Of a DNA stretch of 64,000 bases, positions 1 to 10,045 are shown one piece after another (within the stretch, counting starts at the first letter, position 1; each line of letters begins with the position of its first letter). The stretch lies in the IMG/VR virus record IMGVR_UViG_3300034374_010855, positions 6,280 through 70,279 of that record, one strand, 5' to 3'. The notes beneath the pieces are model-generated. The model saw nothing but the letters and a program-made list of their open reading frames with translations, made no database searches and had not been told where the DNA came from. The translations under genes and the position numbers were made by a program. The DNA is from a virus.

Positions 1-464
1 TCTCCATGTGCTACATCAATTAGAATAACATTTGCTCCACATTCGGTTAATGATTTTGCTCTTTTCTTATCGTCTTCACTAACACCGATTGCTGCCATAA
101 TTGGGACTAAACTAATTTCTGAATGCCAATCATCATACATTACACCCCATTCTTCAGCAATAGTTACACTAAAACCATCACCATAAATTCTTTCATACAA
201 TCTTTCTACAATATCACATTGGTCTTCAATTGACATAAATCTATGAATACATCCAACCCCACCTAATTCTGCCATTTTTAATGCCATATCATAACCACAT
301 ACGGTATCCATTGGTGATGCCACTATTGGGTTTAGTAATCCGTATCTCCTACTCAGTAGAGTTTTGAGATTGATATCCTGACGAGATTTGATTGTTGAGA
401 ATGATGGTATTAACTGAATATCATCATAGGTTAGTGCGTAACCATTATTTGTTGAATTATACAT
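1..464 (-). CDS. guaB: IMP dehydrogenase / GMP reductase family protein (CBS-less), 5' part; runs off window edge
   Basis: Not in ORF track; manual translation MYNSTNNGYALTYDDIQLIPSFS..PIVASPMDTV..GGVGCIHRF..AAIGV..ILIDVAHG matches IMPDH/GMPR motifs; GuaB vs GuaC not resolvable. Confidence 0.8.
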   Translation of the reverse strand, partial: MYNSTNNGYALTYDDIQLIPSFSTIKSRQDINLKTLLSRRYGLLNPIVASPMDTVCGYDMALKMAELGGVGCIHRFMSIEDQCDIVERLYERIYGDGFSVTIAEEWGVMYDDWHSEISLVPIMAAIGVSEDDKKRAKSLTECGANVILIDVAHG

Positions 465-658
465 AATTATTGTTATCTTTTAAAAAGGTATATTAAATAT
501 GTGATTAAAAATTAAACAAGTAAAGTTATGTGTAAACTTTTTATCTAAATAGAATAAGTTCGGACATAAAAGAAAATTTTTGTATAATGACATTCTTTAT
601 ATATTATATTTAATGGGTATTATTAAAATAATAATTCTATAAAAAAATTAAAAGTAAT

Positions 659-1807
659 ATGTTAAACACAAAAATCGAACAATTATTGTTTAATGAAAAT
701 GAAAGACAAAAAAATGAACATAATTTTATTGCATCAGAAAACTTTGCATCTGATGAAGTAATGAGATTATGTGGTTCAGAATTTACAAATAAATATGCTG
801 AAGGATATCCAGGTAAAAGGTATTACAATGGTTGTAACAACTATGATGAACTTGAAAACTTGGGTATAAAAATACTTACTGAACTTTATGGTTGTAACTT
901 CGCAAATATTCAACCACACTGTGGTGCGAATGCAAATCTTGCAATATTCAAAGCGTTTTTAAAACCTGGTGATGTAATATTGGGTATGGACCTTTCAGCT
1001 GGTGGTCACCTTTCTCACGGTTCACCTGCAAATATTAGTGGCAAATGGTTTGATAATAATTTTTATGGTGTTGATGAAAATGGTTGGTTGGACTACGATA
1101 AAATTGAACAATTGGCAAATGAACTTAGACCAAAGTTGATTATTGCTGGTGCCTCAGCTTATCCTCGTCAAATAAACTTCAAAAGATTTAGAGAAATTTC
1201 TGATTCTGTTGGTTCATTATTGCTTGTGGATATGGCACATTATAGTGGTCTAATTGCTGGTGGAGTTTATGATTCACCATTACCTTATGCTGATTTTGTT
1301 ACTTCAACAACACATAAAACATTACGAGGGGCAAGAGGTGGTATGATTTTATGGAATGATGAAAAATATACTAAAAAAATTAATGGTGGTGTATTCCCTG
1401 GAACTCAAGGAGGTCCACTTATGAATCAAGTTGCAGGAAAAGTCCAATCATTTTATGAAGTATCTCAACCTGAATTTAAAGAGTATGTGAAAAATGTTGT
1501 TGAAATGTCACAATATATGTGTGAAGTTTTTATAAATAATAATATAAAAATAACTACTGACGGAACTGACTCTCACATTATATTAATACATACAGATAAA
1601 AGGTCAGGTGCTGATGTGGCGAATGACTTAGAGGAAAAATATAATATAGTTGTAAATAAAAATAGTATACCTAATGACCCAAGAGGTGTTTGGGAAACTT
1701 CAGGTATTAGAATTGGTACTGCGGCTATGGTAACAAAGAAAGGTAAGGACCGTAAATATTTCCACGACATTGCATTAAACATTGTAAATACAATTAAAAA
1801 TAAATAA
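659..1807 (+). CDS. glyA: Serine hydroxymethyltransferase
   Basis: IASEN, NKYAEGYPGKRYY, GGHLSHG, DMAH, PLP lysine motif STTHKTLRG, SGIRIGT. Confidence 0.97.
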   Translation: MLNTKIEQLLFNENERQKNEHNFIASENFASDEVMRLCGSEFTNKYAEGYPGKRYYNGCNNYDELENLGIKILTELYGCNFANIQPHCGANANLAIFKAFLKPGDVILGMDLSAGGHLSHGSPANISGKWFDNNFYGVDENGWLDYDKIEQLANELRPKLIIAGASAYPRQINFKRFREISDSVGSLLLVDMAHYSGLIAGGVYDSPLPYADFVTSTTHKTLRGARGGMILWNDEKYTKKINGGVFPGTQGGPLMNQVAGKVQSFYEVSQPEFKEYVKNVVEMSQYMCEVFINNNIKITTDGTDSHIILIHTDKRSGADVANDLEEKYNIVVNKNSIPNDPRGVWETSGIRIGTAAMVTKKGKDRKYFHDIALNIVNTIKNK

Positions 1808-1896
1808 TATAACCCACAATCAAAAATGGTGAAACCTTTTTATTTAAATAGGGTATTTATTGTGTGAATAATTAAATTTAAAAAAAATATAAAAAA

Positions 1897-2451
1897 ATGA
1901 CATTAACAGAAAAAGAAAAAATTAAAGGTTTAGAAAAAACAACTTCAGTTATAAAAGAAAATTATAGGTTAACTGAAGGAACAATATTGGCGACATTGAA
2001 CATTGTATCCGATAAAATTTATGACAAATTACCTAAAGATTTTAAAAACACAATTAAAAAAGTAAGAGAAGAAGCTGAAGCGGGAAAACATAACAAAAGT
2101 TATGGTGAAAAGGCTGTGGAAGGTGTAACTGATTTTATTAAAGTAAATAAGGTTTTGGTTCCTATTGAACAAACAGAAATAAGAAAGAATATGAAAGATT
2201 TTGCTAAAAAAACAATTTCATTTTTACTTAATGATAATAAGTCAGAGAAAATAGACCAACCAATAAATTTAACTGATAGTGCTATAAAAATTATTGATAA
2301 TGCTCACAGTAAAATGACTATAGATTTAATTGATTTGTTCCAAAAGAATGGTGTTGATGTTGAAAAAATGGAATTTGTAACTGAGTTGAATAACAAAGTC
2401 AAAAAAGGTAAAGATAAACTAATTAACTACATATACGAGACTGTTAGTTAA
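1897..2451 (+). CDS. Hypothetical late protein
   Basis: 184-aa ORF; TATTTAT motif at 1854-1860. Confidence 0.7.
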   Translation: MTLTEKEKIKGLEKTTSVIKENYRLTEGTILATLNIVSDKIYDKLPKDFKNTIKKVREEAEAGKHNKSYGEKAVEGVTDFIKVNKVLVPIEQTEIRKNMKDFAKKTISFLLNDNKSEKIDQPINLTDSAIKIIDNAHSKMTIDLIDLFQKNGVDVEKMEFVTELNNKVKKGKDKLINYIYETVS

Positions 2452-2462
2452 GGTCTTAATTA

Positions 2463-2915
2463 CTATTCTGTAATTGTTATAATAGTGTCAGGCATAAACA
2501 ACGGTCTAATCTCTAAGTGGGGTTGTTCGTTTCTAACTGGTTTTTGTGTATAACAAAATATAGGATTACCATCTATATCATAATAGAAATACTCATTGGT
2601 GTTATCATCTAAAAATGCACGATAGATTCCGTTGTTTTCGTCAACATATATTATCTGACCAGTTTCGGTATCACTTCTTAATCCAATTGAGAATGTCTTT
2701 TTCTTATTTAACCTATCTTCTTCGTATTGTTTAAGATGAGTATCCAATCTTTCTAATGTTAGATTGATAGATTCATATTGATTAACCAATTTGTTTAGAT
2801 TGGACACATAATTAATTATTGGTTTGATGTAACCTATCAGAGTTATGGTAGCACCAATTAAGGTTACCAAGAATACGATATTTCCAAACTTAGTTTTTAA
2901 TTTTTCAACAGGCAT
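2463..2915 (-). CDS. Hypothetical membrane-anchored late protein
   Basis: N-terminal hydrophobic helix then coiled coil; minus-strand TATTTATA at 2977-2984. Confidence 0.65.
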   Translation of the reverse strand: MPVEKLKTKFGNIVFLVTLIGATITLIGYIKPIINYVSNLNKLVNQYESINLTLERLDTHLKQYEEDRLNKKKTFSIGLRSDTETGQIIYVDENNGIYRAFLDDNTNEYFYYDIDGNPIFCYTQKPVRNEQPHLEIRPLFMPDTIITITE

Positions 2916-3151
2916 TTTTAACTATTTGTATTTTAGGTGATTCGGATGATAGTTCTACCGTTATTTTACCTTTATATATAAATATTTGAAATCATATAAA
3001 ACCTTATTTCACTTATACTTCATTTTATTTATCGTTTGTTTTTATGAAAATTCTGAGCAGCTTCCAAAATCTTAATTTTATTTTGGATGGTCTTCGGAAT
3101 TTAATTAATATTTTACAGAGTATGTGATATTTATAATTAAAACATTATAAT

Positions 3152-4228
3152 ATGAAAAATCATTTTCTAATATCTGAATCAGAAAAAAAGAGAATATTAA
3201 ACTTACATAACTCTTATAAACATAATCACGGAACATCATTAATTAGTGAACAAGTTGTAACTGATTATGATTCTGTTTATGATTATAAAAAGGAAGGTGA
3301 TAATTATTTTACTAAAAAGAAGACTTCAGATTCATGGATAAAACTTTCGGGTAACGCATTAAATACTGTTAAATCTAAAGTTTTTGGTGATAGTAGTACA
3401 CAAAGTACTAAAAATACTAAAGTAAATATTCCTTTTACTAATAGAGAAGAAGGTAATAAATTTAGAGAATGGGTAAATGATAAATATCCTGATTACGCTA
3501 AAAGTGAAGACTTTTCCAGAAGTGGTCCACATGATAATTCTTACATTATAAATGCATTTAAGATATATGGAGATGAATATATGAAATCTATAAATAATGA
3601 AGATGAAGTTAAAGACCATTTTGTCTTTTATTTTTCATTTCCAAGTTATGAACCAACATTTGACGGTTCGTTAGGTGGGTTTGAAGACGCTTTAGATTGG
3701 GCAAGAAAAACACTCCCTCAAGGATTATCAAGTGGTTTATTAGGTTCAAAAGGTACTTATGGTCCAATGGGACATGCGGGAGTAGCTCTTATTAATCCTG
3801 CGGGCACAATTGATATTTATGAGTTTGGTAGATACCAAGGAGCGACAAAAGGTATGGGAATTACAATACATAAAACAGTTAGAGGTGCTGAAATTGTGGA
3901 TGGTAGAATTCAAAATTTGGAAAGTGTATGTTCAATTGTTAAGAATAATGCTGCGGGTAAAGCTAAACAATATGATATGAAAGGTGTAGCGATTCCGATA
4001 ACTAAAGAAGGTTATAATAAGGGTAAACAATATGCAGATTCTATTAAATCAAAAAAATACCAAATTTTAGATTTTACTACGGGTGACAAAGATGCTAACT
4101 GTGCTACTTTCGGTCTTGAGGTAGTTAGAGCAGCAACTGGAAGTGGTGTCGAAAAATGTTTACCAAATCCAGGTGCCGCTATATTAATTGCTAAAACTTA
4201 CAGAGGGTCTGAGTCGACTAATTGTTAA
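3152..4228 (+). CDS. Late protein with ISESEKKRILNLH leader and C-terminal permuted papain-like (His...Cys) domain
   Basis: GHAGVALI..YEFGRY..ANCATF; TATTTATA at 3128-3135. Confidence 0.6.
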   Translation: MKNHFLISESEKKRILNLHNSYKHNHGTSLISEQVVTDYDSVYDYKKEGDNYFTKKKTSDSWIKLSGNALNTVKSKVFGDSSTQSTKNTKVNIPFTNREEGNKFREWVNDKYPDYAKSEDFSRSGPHDNSYIINAFKIYGDEYMKSINNEDEVKDHFVFYFSFPSYEPTFDGSLGGFEDALDWARKTLPQGLSSGLLGSKGTYGPMGHAGVALINPAGTIDIYEFGRYQGATKGMGITIHKTVRGAEIVDGRIQNLESVCSIVKNNAAGKAKQYDMKGVAIPITKEGYNKGKQYADSIKSKKYQILDFTTGDKDANCATFGLEVVRAATGSGVEKCLPNPGAAILIAKTYRGSESTNC

Positions 4229-4830
4229 TAGTTATCAAAGATTACATACGTTGAAAGACTATTGTATAAATCTACAGGAGTTACAACACTCTCATTAGGA
4301 TTAATTTCTGTATTATAACGAACTTTAATCGCGTTTTGTACGTCTTCTGATGAAAGATTGTAGTCTTTAAAATAATGTATATCACACAGTTGAATGCCAG
4401 CATTATAGTAGATTTTAAATACTAATTCAGAACAGTACATTGTGTTTTCACTCCACTGGAATTTTAAGTCATAATTTTTTCCAAGTTGTGAATATGCGTA
4501 GTCATACATTCTTTTCACCTCATCTTTAGTAAACTTTCCTTTGTATCGAACAACTGTGTATTTACCATCAACACCTCTATTAATAAACTCATCAATAGGT
4601 GTCAACTTAACTGGTTGAACAGCTTCCATAACATATGTTTGACCATCTTTAATATAGATAATACCTACGTGACTATATTTAGACTTGGTTACGTCTTGAA
4701 TCATTTTACTTTGAGTGGAAGTTGAAGTATGAAGGATAATGTCTCCATTTTTAAAATCTTCATTATTGTTACAACTTAACAATGAAACTAAAAGGATTAC
4801 TGCAAGGATGTTTGTGATTAATTTTCTCAT
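4225..4830 (-). CDS. YiiX/YebB-like permuted papain (NlpC/P60) lipoprotein
   Basis: Lipobox LLSC; GDIIL, YSHVGI, LGKNYD, MYCSELV, VTPVDL. Confidence 0.88.
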   Translation of the reverse strand: MRKLITNILAVILLVSLLSCNNNEDFKNGDIILHTSTSTQSKMIQDVTKSKYSHVGIIYIKDGQTYVMEAVQPVKLTPIDEFINRGVDGKYTVVRYKGKFTKDEVKRMYDYAYSQLGKNYDLKFQWSENTMYCSELVFKIYYNAGIQLCDIHYFKDYNLSSEDVQNAIKVRYNTEINPNESVVTPVDLYNSLSTYVIFDNY

Positions 4831-4864
4831 AATTTATTTATTTTTAAATGGTTACTTGATAGTA

Positions 4865-4872
4865 CAAATATA
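4865..4872 (-). promoter_or_regulatory. Bacteroidota sigma70-type -7 element TATATTTG
   Basis: Matches TAnnTTTG with TTG about 20 nt upstream; 35 nt before the ATG at 4830. Confidence 0.7.
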
Positions 4873-4947
4873 GTTAATTTTTTTTATTTCCACAACTATT
4901 TTCAATATTAATATTAAAAAAAAAATATTAATAGTCATTTATGATAT

Positions 4948-5154
4948 TTAATCATTTTTATTCAATAGTAATTTTACTTTAATAGTTTTTTTAAGAAACA
5001 TTTTAAGAAATGCATATAATAATTTAAACTCTTTACTATCATCATCCCACTTATTTTTAAATAACTCAACAATTCGTTCAAGTGACTGAAAATGTTTAAC
5101 GTTATTTTCTTTATGTGATAATACTTTACACACCCATTCAAAATCTTCTTTCAT
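4948..5154 (-). CDS. Hypothetical protein
   Basis: 68-aa ORF in the minus-strand gene run. Confidence 0.6.
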   Translation of the reverse strand: MKEDFEWVCKVLSHKENNVKHFQSLERIVELFKNKWDDDSKEFKLLYAFLKMFLKKTIKVKLLLNKND

Positions 5155-5305
5155 CTTTGTTTTTTTTTTGCCACATTAAACCTATTCCCCATTCTAACCA
5201 AACTAAATCAATACTATAATATCCATCTAATTTTCTTGAATATGTTATTTTAATTACTGGAATAACATATAATTGGTCACTAACTCCATATGATTCTATT
5301 TTCAT
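5138..5305 (-). CDS. 55-aa micro-protein, paralog of 11821-11958
   Basis: Manual translation MKIESYGVSDQLYVIPVIKITYSRKLDGYYSIDLVWLEWGIGLMWQKKNKDERRF. Confidence 0.7.
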   Translation of the reverse strand: MKIESYGVSDQLYVIPVIKITYSRKLDGYYSIDLVWLEWGIGLMWQKKNKDERRF

Positions 5306-5319
5306 AATTTAATTATTAA

Positions 5320-5727
5320 AAGTGAGTTCTTTAACGTTTTATGGATTACCCGTTAATAACGGATTTTCCTTCATTTTCAAGTTTATCTAACTGACGGTAA
5401 ATGTCAGAAATCTGATGGGATACCCCATCATTGGTTTTGTCTACACGACTATCGATGTGACGATACAGTCTTTCTATCTCATCACTAAGATTTTGGTCCA
5501 AACCATTACCAAAACTATATAGTTGTTGTTCTGTGTCTTTCAAAGCTCTATAAAGATTTTCATCTTCTTTTTGAAGACCGTTTATTTCCTTTTTCAAGGA
5601 CATTGTTGTCATATAATTCACTAACGTACCCACGACCATCATAATAACAATGACCGCACATACACCTAAAATAAATGATGTTATTTCCATAATTTGTTAA
5701 AGTTTAAATATGTCAAAGAACTCACTT
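5320..5727. repeat. 16-bp inverted repeat pair (5320-5335 and 5712-5727) enclosing one ORF
   Basis: AAGTGAGTTCTTTAAC on + vs AAGTGAGTTCTTTGAC on -; 15/16 identical. Confidence 0.75.
5346..5690 (-). CDS. Membrane-anchored coiled-coil protein
   Basis: N-terminal TM helix; coiled coil with YRHIDSRVDK. Confidence 0.75.
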   Translation of the reverse strand: MEITSFILGVCAVIVIMMVVGTLVNYMTTMSLKKEINGLQKEDENLYRALKDTEQQLYSFGNGLDQNLSDEIERLYRHIDSRVDKTNDGVSHQISDIYRQLDKLENEGKSVING

Positions 5728-5728
5728 A

Positions 5729-5802
5729 GCTGATATAAGAGGATTTGAACCTCTTTACCTGAACTCCAATTATGGTTTCCGTGCCCTCTACACTAATATC
5801 AA
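5729..5802 (-). ncRNA. Degenerate tRNA-like element (pseudo-tRNA)
   Basis: T-arm AGAGG-TTCAAAT-CCTCT, acceptor-like TGATAT/ATATCA, D-like GTGT/GCAC; anticodon arm irregular. Confidence 0.5.
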
Positions 5803-5847
5803 TCGACAATTTATAATCTGTCAGTTAAAATTTATAATAACATAATA

Positions 5848-6471
5848 TTATCCTATTGTTTCACCTCTACTGGTGTATATTTCTAATGTTGCTGCTTTTC
5901 CATAATTATCCAAATAATCCTCAGGCTCCAATTCTATGTCTTTGAAGAATACTCGTGAAATAAAATCCCAATCACCTTCAGGTGTTTCAACGATTCCACC
6001 CATCAATGAAAAATCAGATGTTTTAGGTAATTCTTCTGATTCAAAACTACATTCAAACAAACCACCTTTGTTTTCGTCTACAACTAACAATACGTTATCG
6101 GTCCCATCCAAAAACTCAGGTAATGCAATATAATTCTCGTAAGGATATAACTCTTCGATTTTATCATCATCACCGATATAATCATACATATCACCCAAAT
6201 CTTTGTAATCAATTTCCAATACGACATTACCATCCTCATCAAATACTTTACCCCAAAAGGTATCATTATAAAAAGGTTTTGATACGTGAAACAGGTCCCC
6301 TTCATCCCATATGTCAATACCGATGTCTTCCATTTCACTACGGATTTCCCATAGTTCATCATATCCGTTATCTTCCATAAGTTCACGGACCTGTTCTACT
6401 TGTTCATCACTGAGAGAATATCCTTGAGCTTCCATCTCCCAACCATAAAATTCTACTTTATATTTTGCCAT
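5848..6471 (-). CDS. Acidic hypothetical protein
   Basis: 207-aa ORF, D/E-rich. Confidence 0.75.
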   Translation of the reverse strand: MAKYKVEFYGWEMEAQGYSLSDEQVEQVRELMEDNGYDELWEIRSEMEDIGIDIWDEGDLFHVSKPFYNDTFWGKVFDEDGNVVLEIDYKDLGDMYDYIGDDDKIEELYPYENYIALPEFLDGTDNVLLVVDENKGGLFECSFESEELPKTSDFSLMGGIVETPEGDWDFISRVFFKDIELEPEDYLDNYGKAATLEIYTSRGETIG

Positions 6472-6480
6472 TTTTTTATA

Positions 6481-6993
6481 TTAATCCCACCAAGTTTGAA
6501 TATCTTTTTCTATCATAGACCACAATATTCTATGTGCTCTTTTTTGTTTTTCTTTTGACATATGAACTAGTTCGTCATGAATTTGAGATATTTCTTCAGC
6601 GTTATCCCAGTTTTCATACTCATATTTCATAGTGTATAGTTTTTCAGTACTATTAGTAAAATCATTAAAAGTAGTACTATCTGTTTCAATAAAAGAAATA
6701 TTTAAAACATCTTTACCATACATTTCTTTTAATATTTCGACATAATCAATAGAATATTCATCATTATAAACTTTATCCATTAATTTAATGACTGTACGAA
6801 TACGTTTTGCTCTATCTTTAGCACATAGAGTCATCGCCTTTTCTGATTCTAAAAACTCAGCCTGTTTTTGTAATTGAAATTTGAAAACTTCAACTGAATA
6901 ACTATAATCAAAGTCATATTGCTTCCATATGATTGGTAACCATCTAAGGACGTTTTTAATTTGCCAAATTTTTCTTTTAATAAAATATTTCAT
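6481..6993 (-). CDS. Hypothetical phage protein
   Basis: RWLPIIWKQYDFDY N-terminus and ..IQTWWD C-terminus, a pattern typical of large-phage hypotheticals. Confidence 0.75.
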   Translation of the reverse strand: MKYFIKRKIWQIKNVLRWLPIIWKQYDFDYSYSVEVFKFQLQKQAEFLESEKAMTLCAKDRAKRIRTVIKLMDKVYNDEYSIDYVEILKEMYGKDVLNISFIETDSTTFNDFTNSTEKLYTMKYEYENWDNAEEISQIHDELVHMSKEKQKRAHRILWSMIEKDIQTWWD

Positions 6994-7013
6994 TTTAAAT
7001 ATTTTTAAATTTA

Positions 7014-7802
7014 TTAAATAATACTAAAATAATCAACATTAAATTCACCATCAATCTCAATAAGATATTCACCCGATGGTAATGTATCGATATAATAATA
7101 TCTACCACCTGTTGAATAACCTTTAATGTCAATATGGTCTTGTTGTGTATGACCAACTATTTGAACATACATCTTTTTAATGTCTTCGTTTTTGTTTGCT
7201 CTTTGTAAAGACTTTGGTCGAATCCAAATAGGTGTTTGTTCTTCATTATCACCATAACCATCACCATAACCCATATATCGGTATGAATATGAACTAAATG
7301 TAAATTCATTTGGTTTGTGTTTAAACAACTCATTCAAAAAATCTGCAATATGGGATTCATCTACATAGTTATGTTTCCAATATCCAACATCTTTTAAAAA
7401 CTTTGCACTTACACCTGCGTGAGAACATAATCTACGATTATCATCATTACCCAAAGAAACTGCCATCTGAAACATATCTTCATTTTCTCTGAAGAACTGT
7501 TCAAATTGAAACATCATTCTATGTTGAAACCCTGAAGTCGTTCCTCTATCTTTAACACCTGGCCAATAATGAATGTCGTGATTACCGATGAGTAGGTATA
7601 CTTTTTTGTTTGGGTCTAACTCTTGTGATTTTTTGAACTCAACAATATCTTTAACGTTATGGAGTTGTTCTAAACCCCCAATATCAAATGAATCGAAGTA
7701 ATCACCAATAAAAACAAAGACATCAGCATCAGAGTGTTTTTTAACAATCTCTTTCCATACATCTCTTCCGTGAATATCACCTATGTAAATTACTTTACTC
7801 AT
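7014..7802 (-). CDS. Calcineurin-like metallophosphoesterase
   Basis: GDIHG, GDYFD, GNHD, SHAG, VGHT motifs. Confidence 0.92.
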   Translation of the reverse strand: MSKVIYIGDIHGRDVWKEIVKKHSDADVFVFIGDYFDSFDIGGLEQLHNVKDIVEFKKSQELDPNKKVYLLIGNHDIHYWPGVKDRGTTSGFQHRMMFQFEQFFRENEDMFQMAVSLGNDDNRRLCSHAGVSAKFLKDVGYWKHNYVDESHIADFLNELFKHKPNEFTFSSYSYRYMGYGDGYGDNEEQTPIWIRPKSLQRANKNEDIKKMYVQIVGHTQQDHIDIKGYSTGGRYYYIDTLPSGEYLIEIDGEFNVDYFSII

Positions 7803-7858
7803 CCTTAAAAATATACAGATTAATTTTTTAATTATCTTATATTTGTAAAGATTTTTTT

Positions 7859-9778
7859 TTAATTAATTAAAGTTAAAGTTCCGTTTAATCTTTCCATTGT
7901 ATCTGATGACGTAAATGAATAACTCAAGTTGTAAATGTATACACCCACGTTGGATTGATTAAATTGATGAATACTTCCATCCCAACCTTCTGTTGGGTTA
8001 TTTGATGCGAAAACTAAGTTACCCCATCTGTCATATATTGTTAAGTGATAGTAAGATAAGTCTTCTTCACATTTAATGATTGTTCGGAATATATCATTAA
8101 CACCATCAAAGTTAGGACTAAATCCTGAAGGAAGAACAACTACACATTCCTCTATATTATATTCATCTTCTATATCGTATTCATCTTCTACAACATACTC
8201 TTCATCTACATCTTCTATATCGTATTCATCTTCATCTTCTTCAGAATTTATTTCTTCTTTAATGTCTTCAATATGCACTTCATCTTTGATATTATCAACA
8301 TCCACTTCATACTCAGTATTTACATCGTGTTCAACAACCACACCATCTACTTCATCTACTACAACCGTATCACTGTCTTCGTTACAATCTACAATTTCAA
8401 TTTCCATTGTATCTGAAACCAAACAACTTGTGTTGATATCTTCATAAGTAACAATATAAGTACCTGTATTAGTAGGGTATAAATATTGTCCTTGTGTTCC
8501 ATCACTCCAAGTAATTTCTTCACCTACTAATTCAAAAAATAATTCATTTTCATTTTCAACACATAAAGTTGTATCAGTTAAAACATTTTGAACGATATTA
8601 TCTGCATTACTTTTTACATTCACAATATATGTGTATGTAGATGTTCCAACTATAGGACAAGCATCATCAACCACATTAACAGAGAAGTAATTTAAACCTA
8701 AATCCGTGGATTGAGGTGTCCAACAGAAAGTTGCTTCAGGTGTCGTGGTATTATTGTTTACCACTTGAAAAGACCCTGTTGGTATTTCTTGATTCCAAGT
8801 AACTGTTAAATTATCACTGTTAGAATCTGAAAATGATAAGTCAAAACAAACTTGTCCATTTTCACAAACATCTATTACGAAATTAGTAGAATTGGTAGAT
8901 GATGTTTTATCGATACCTGAAGCTATCGGAGAATCATTTGATGCTGAAATTACATTAAACTGAATATCTCTAATTACTTCACCAATTTTAATACCTGACC
9001 TAAATTCTTCTACTTTAACACACATTACACCTATTTGTTGAACAGTAGGTGTAAAAGATATCGCTCCAGTTCTATGGTCGATATAAACCCCATTAGAGGT
9101 AGTTAACGGATTAGTACCACTGAAACCTGGAAAGTATTCAACAGGGTCGTTATATCCTTCATAACAATCAGAAAGAGAAAAATATAAAGAATCACCATCT
9201 GTATCAAATACACCGTGATTATACACAACAGGTTTATTTACACTTACAATCGGTGCAGGGTTATTATTAAAAACAGGCGAATTGTTTATAAGGTTTGAAA
9301 CATTTTCATGTTTAGCTGATAAAAATATGTATTCATTGGTTGGGAAAATCAAGGTAGTTATTACTTGATTTCGACAACATAAACTATAGTCAAAACGTAA
9401 ATCAGAACAACCCGATGGTACGGTTATTATAGTGGTATAAATATGTTCTTCAATTCCTGTAATACCAGAACCTCCTTGACAGGAAGTTTCCATAGTAGGA
9501 CAAATTGGTGTTATATCTGTTAAGTTATTACGAAAAGCGAAATCACTACCTGAACCACAACTACCATCCCAAAATATCTCAGCATAACTAGACATTGCAA
9601 TACCATTACAATCTCGGTATAATCTTAGAGTTACCTCAAATTCTGTTGGACTTAGTTGCTCATACATTAAGTCACCACCAAGTGCGTGAGTTGCTTTGGC
9701 TTGAGTAAAGGATACGATAAATATTAGTGAAAGAAAAAAAGTTTTAAAAGTTTGGATATATGTCATCATGTTCATCAT
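7859..9778 (-). CDS. Secreted protein with type B T9SS sorting domain (gliding-motility-associated C-terminal / CHU_C)
   Basis: Signal peptide ..AKA-TH; THALGGDLMY..LYRDCNG N-domain; acidic repeat linker; LPSGFSPNFDGVNDIF..IYDRWG..WDG..GVYIY..GTLTLIN. Confidence 0.88.
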   Translation of the reverse strand: MMNMMTYIQTFKTFFLSLIFIVSFTQAKATHALGGDLMYEQLSPTEFEVTLRLYRDCNGIAMSSYAEIFWDGSCGSGSDFAFRNNLTDITPICPTMETSCQGGSGITGIEEHIYTTIITVPSGCSDLRFDYSLCCRNQVITTLIFPTNEYIFLSAKHENVSNLINNSPVFNNNPAPIVSVNKPVVYNHGVFDTDGDSLYFSLSDCYEGYNDPVEYFPGFSGTNPLTTSNGVYIDHRTGAISFTPTVQQIGVMCVKVEEFRSGIKIGEVIRDIQFNVISASNDSPIASGIDKTSSTNSTNFVIDVCENGQVCFDLSFSDSNSDNLTVTWNQEIPTGSFQVVNNNTTTPEATFCWTPQSTDLGLNYFSVNVVDDACPIVGTSTYTYIVNVKSNADNIVQNVLTDTTLCVENENELFFELVGEEITWSDGTQGQYLYPTNTGTYIVTYEDINTSCLVSDTMEIEIVDCNEDSDTVVVDEVDGVVVEHDVNTEYEVDVDNIKDEVHIEDIKEEINSEEDEDEYDIEDVDEEYVVEDEYDIEDEYNIEECVVVLPSGFSPNFDGVNDIFRTIIKCEEDLSYYHLTIYDRWGNLVFASNNPTEGWDGSIHQFNQSNVGVYIYNLSYSFTSSDTMERLNGTLTLIN

Positions 9779-10045
9779 TTTAAGTTGATTTACATGAGAT
9801 ACGAATATAGTCCAAATATAGTTACATAATGAGAAATATTGTTAAGTGATTTTTATAGAAATACCGACTTAATCTGATTTTAATTTTTTATTTGGTTTTG
9901 GTTTATTATCATTAGATTCAATAATTTCTTTTATATCCTCATCAGATAAATCATCGACCATTGAATTCAATACCATATCGTGAGCGTGGTCTCCATCCCA
10001 AAATTCCTCATTTCCAATTATAATATTTTTTGTCACAACTGTTTT

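Noticed and set aside
5729-5802. Functional tRNA
   Set aside because: The anticodon stem is irregular and the D-loop too short, so no anticodon can be assigned; kept only as a tRNA-like element.
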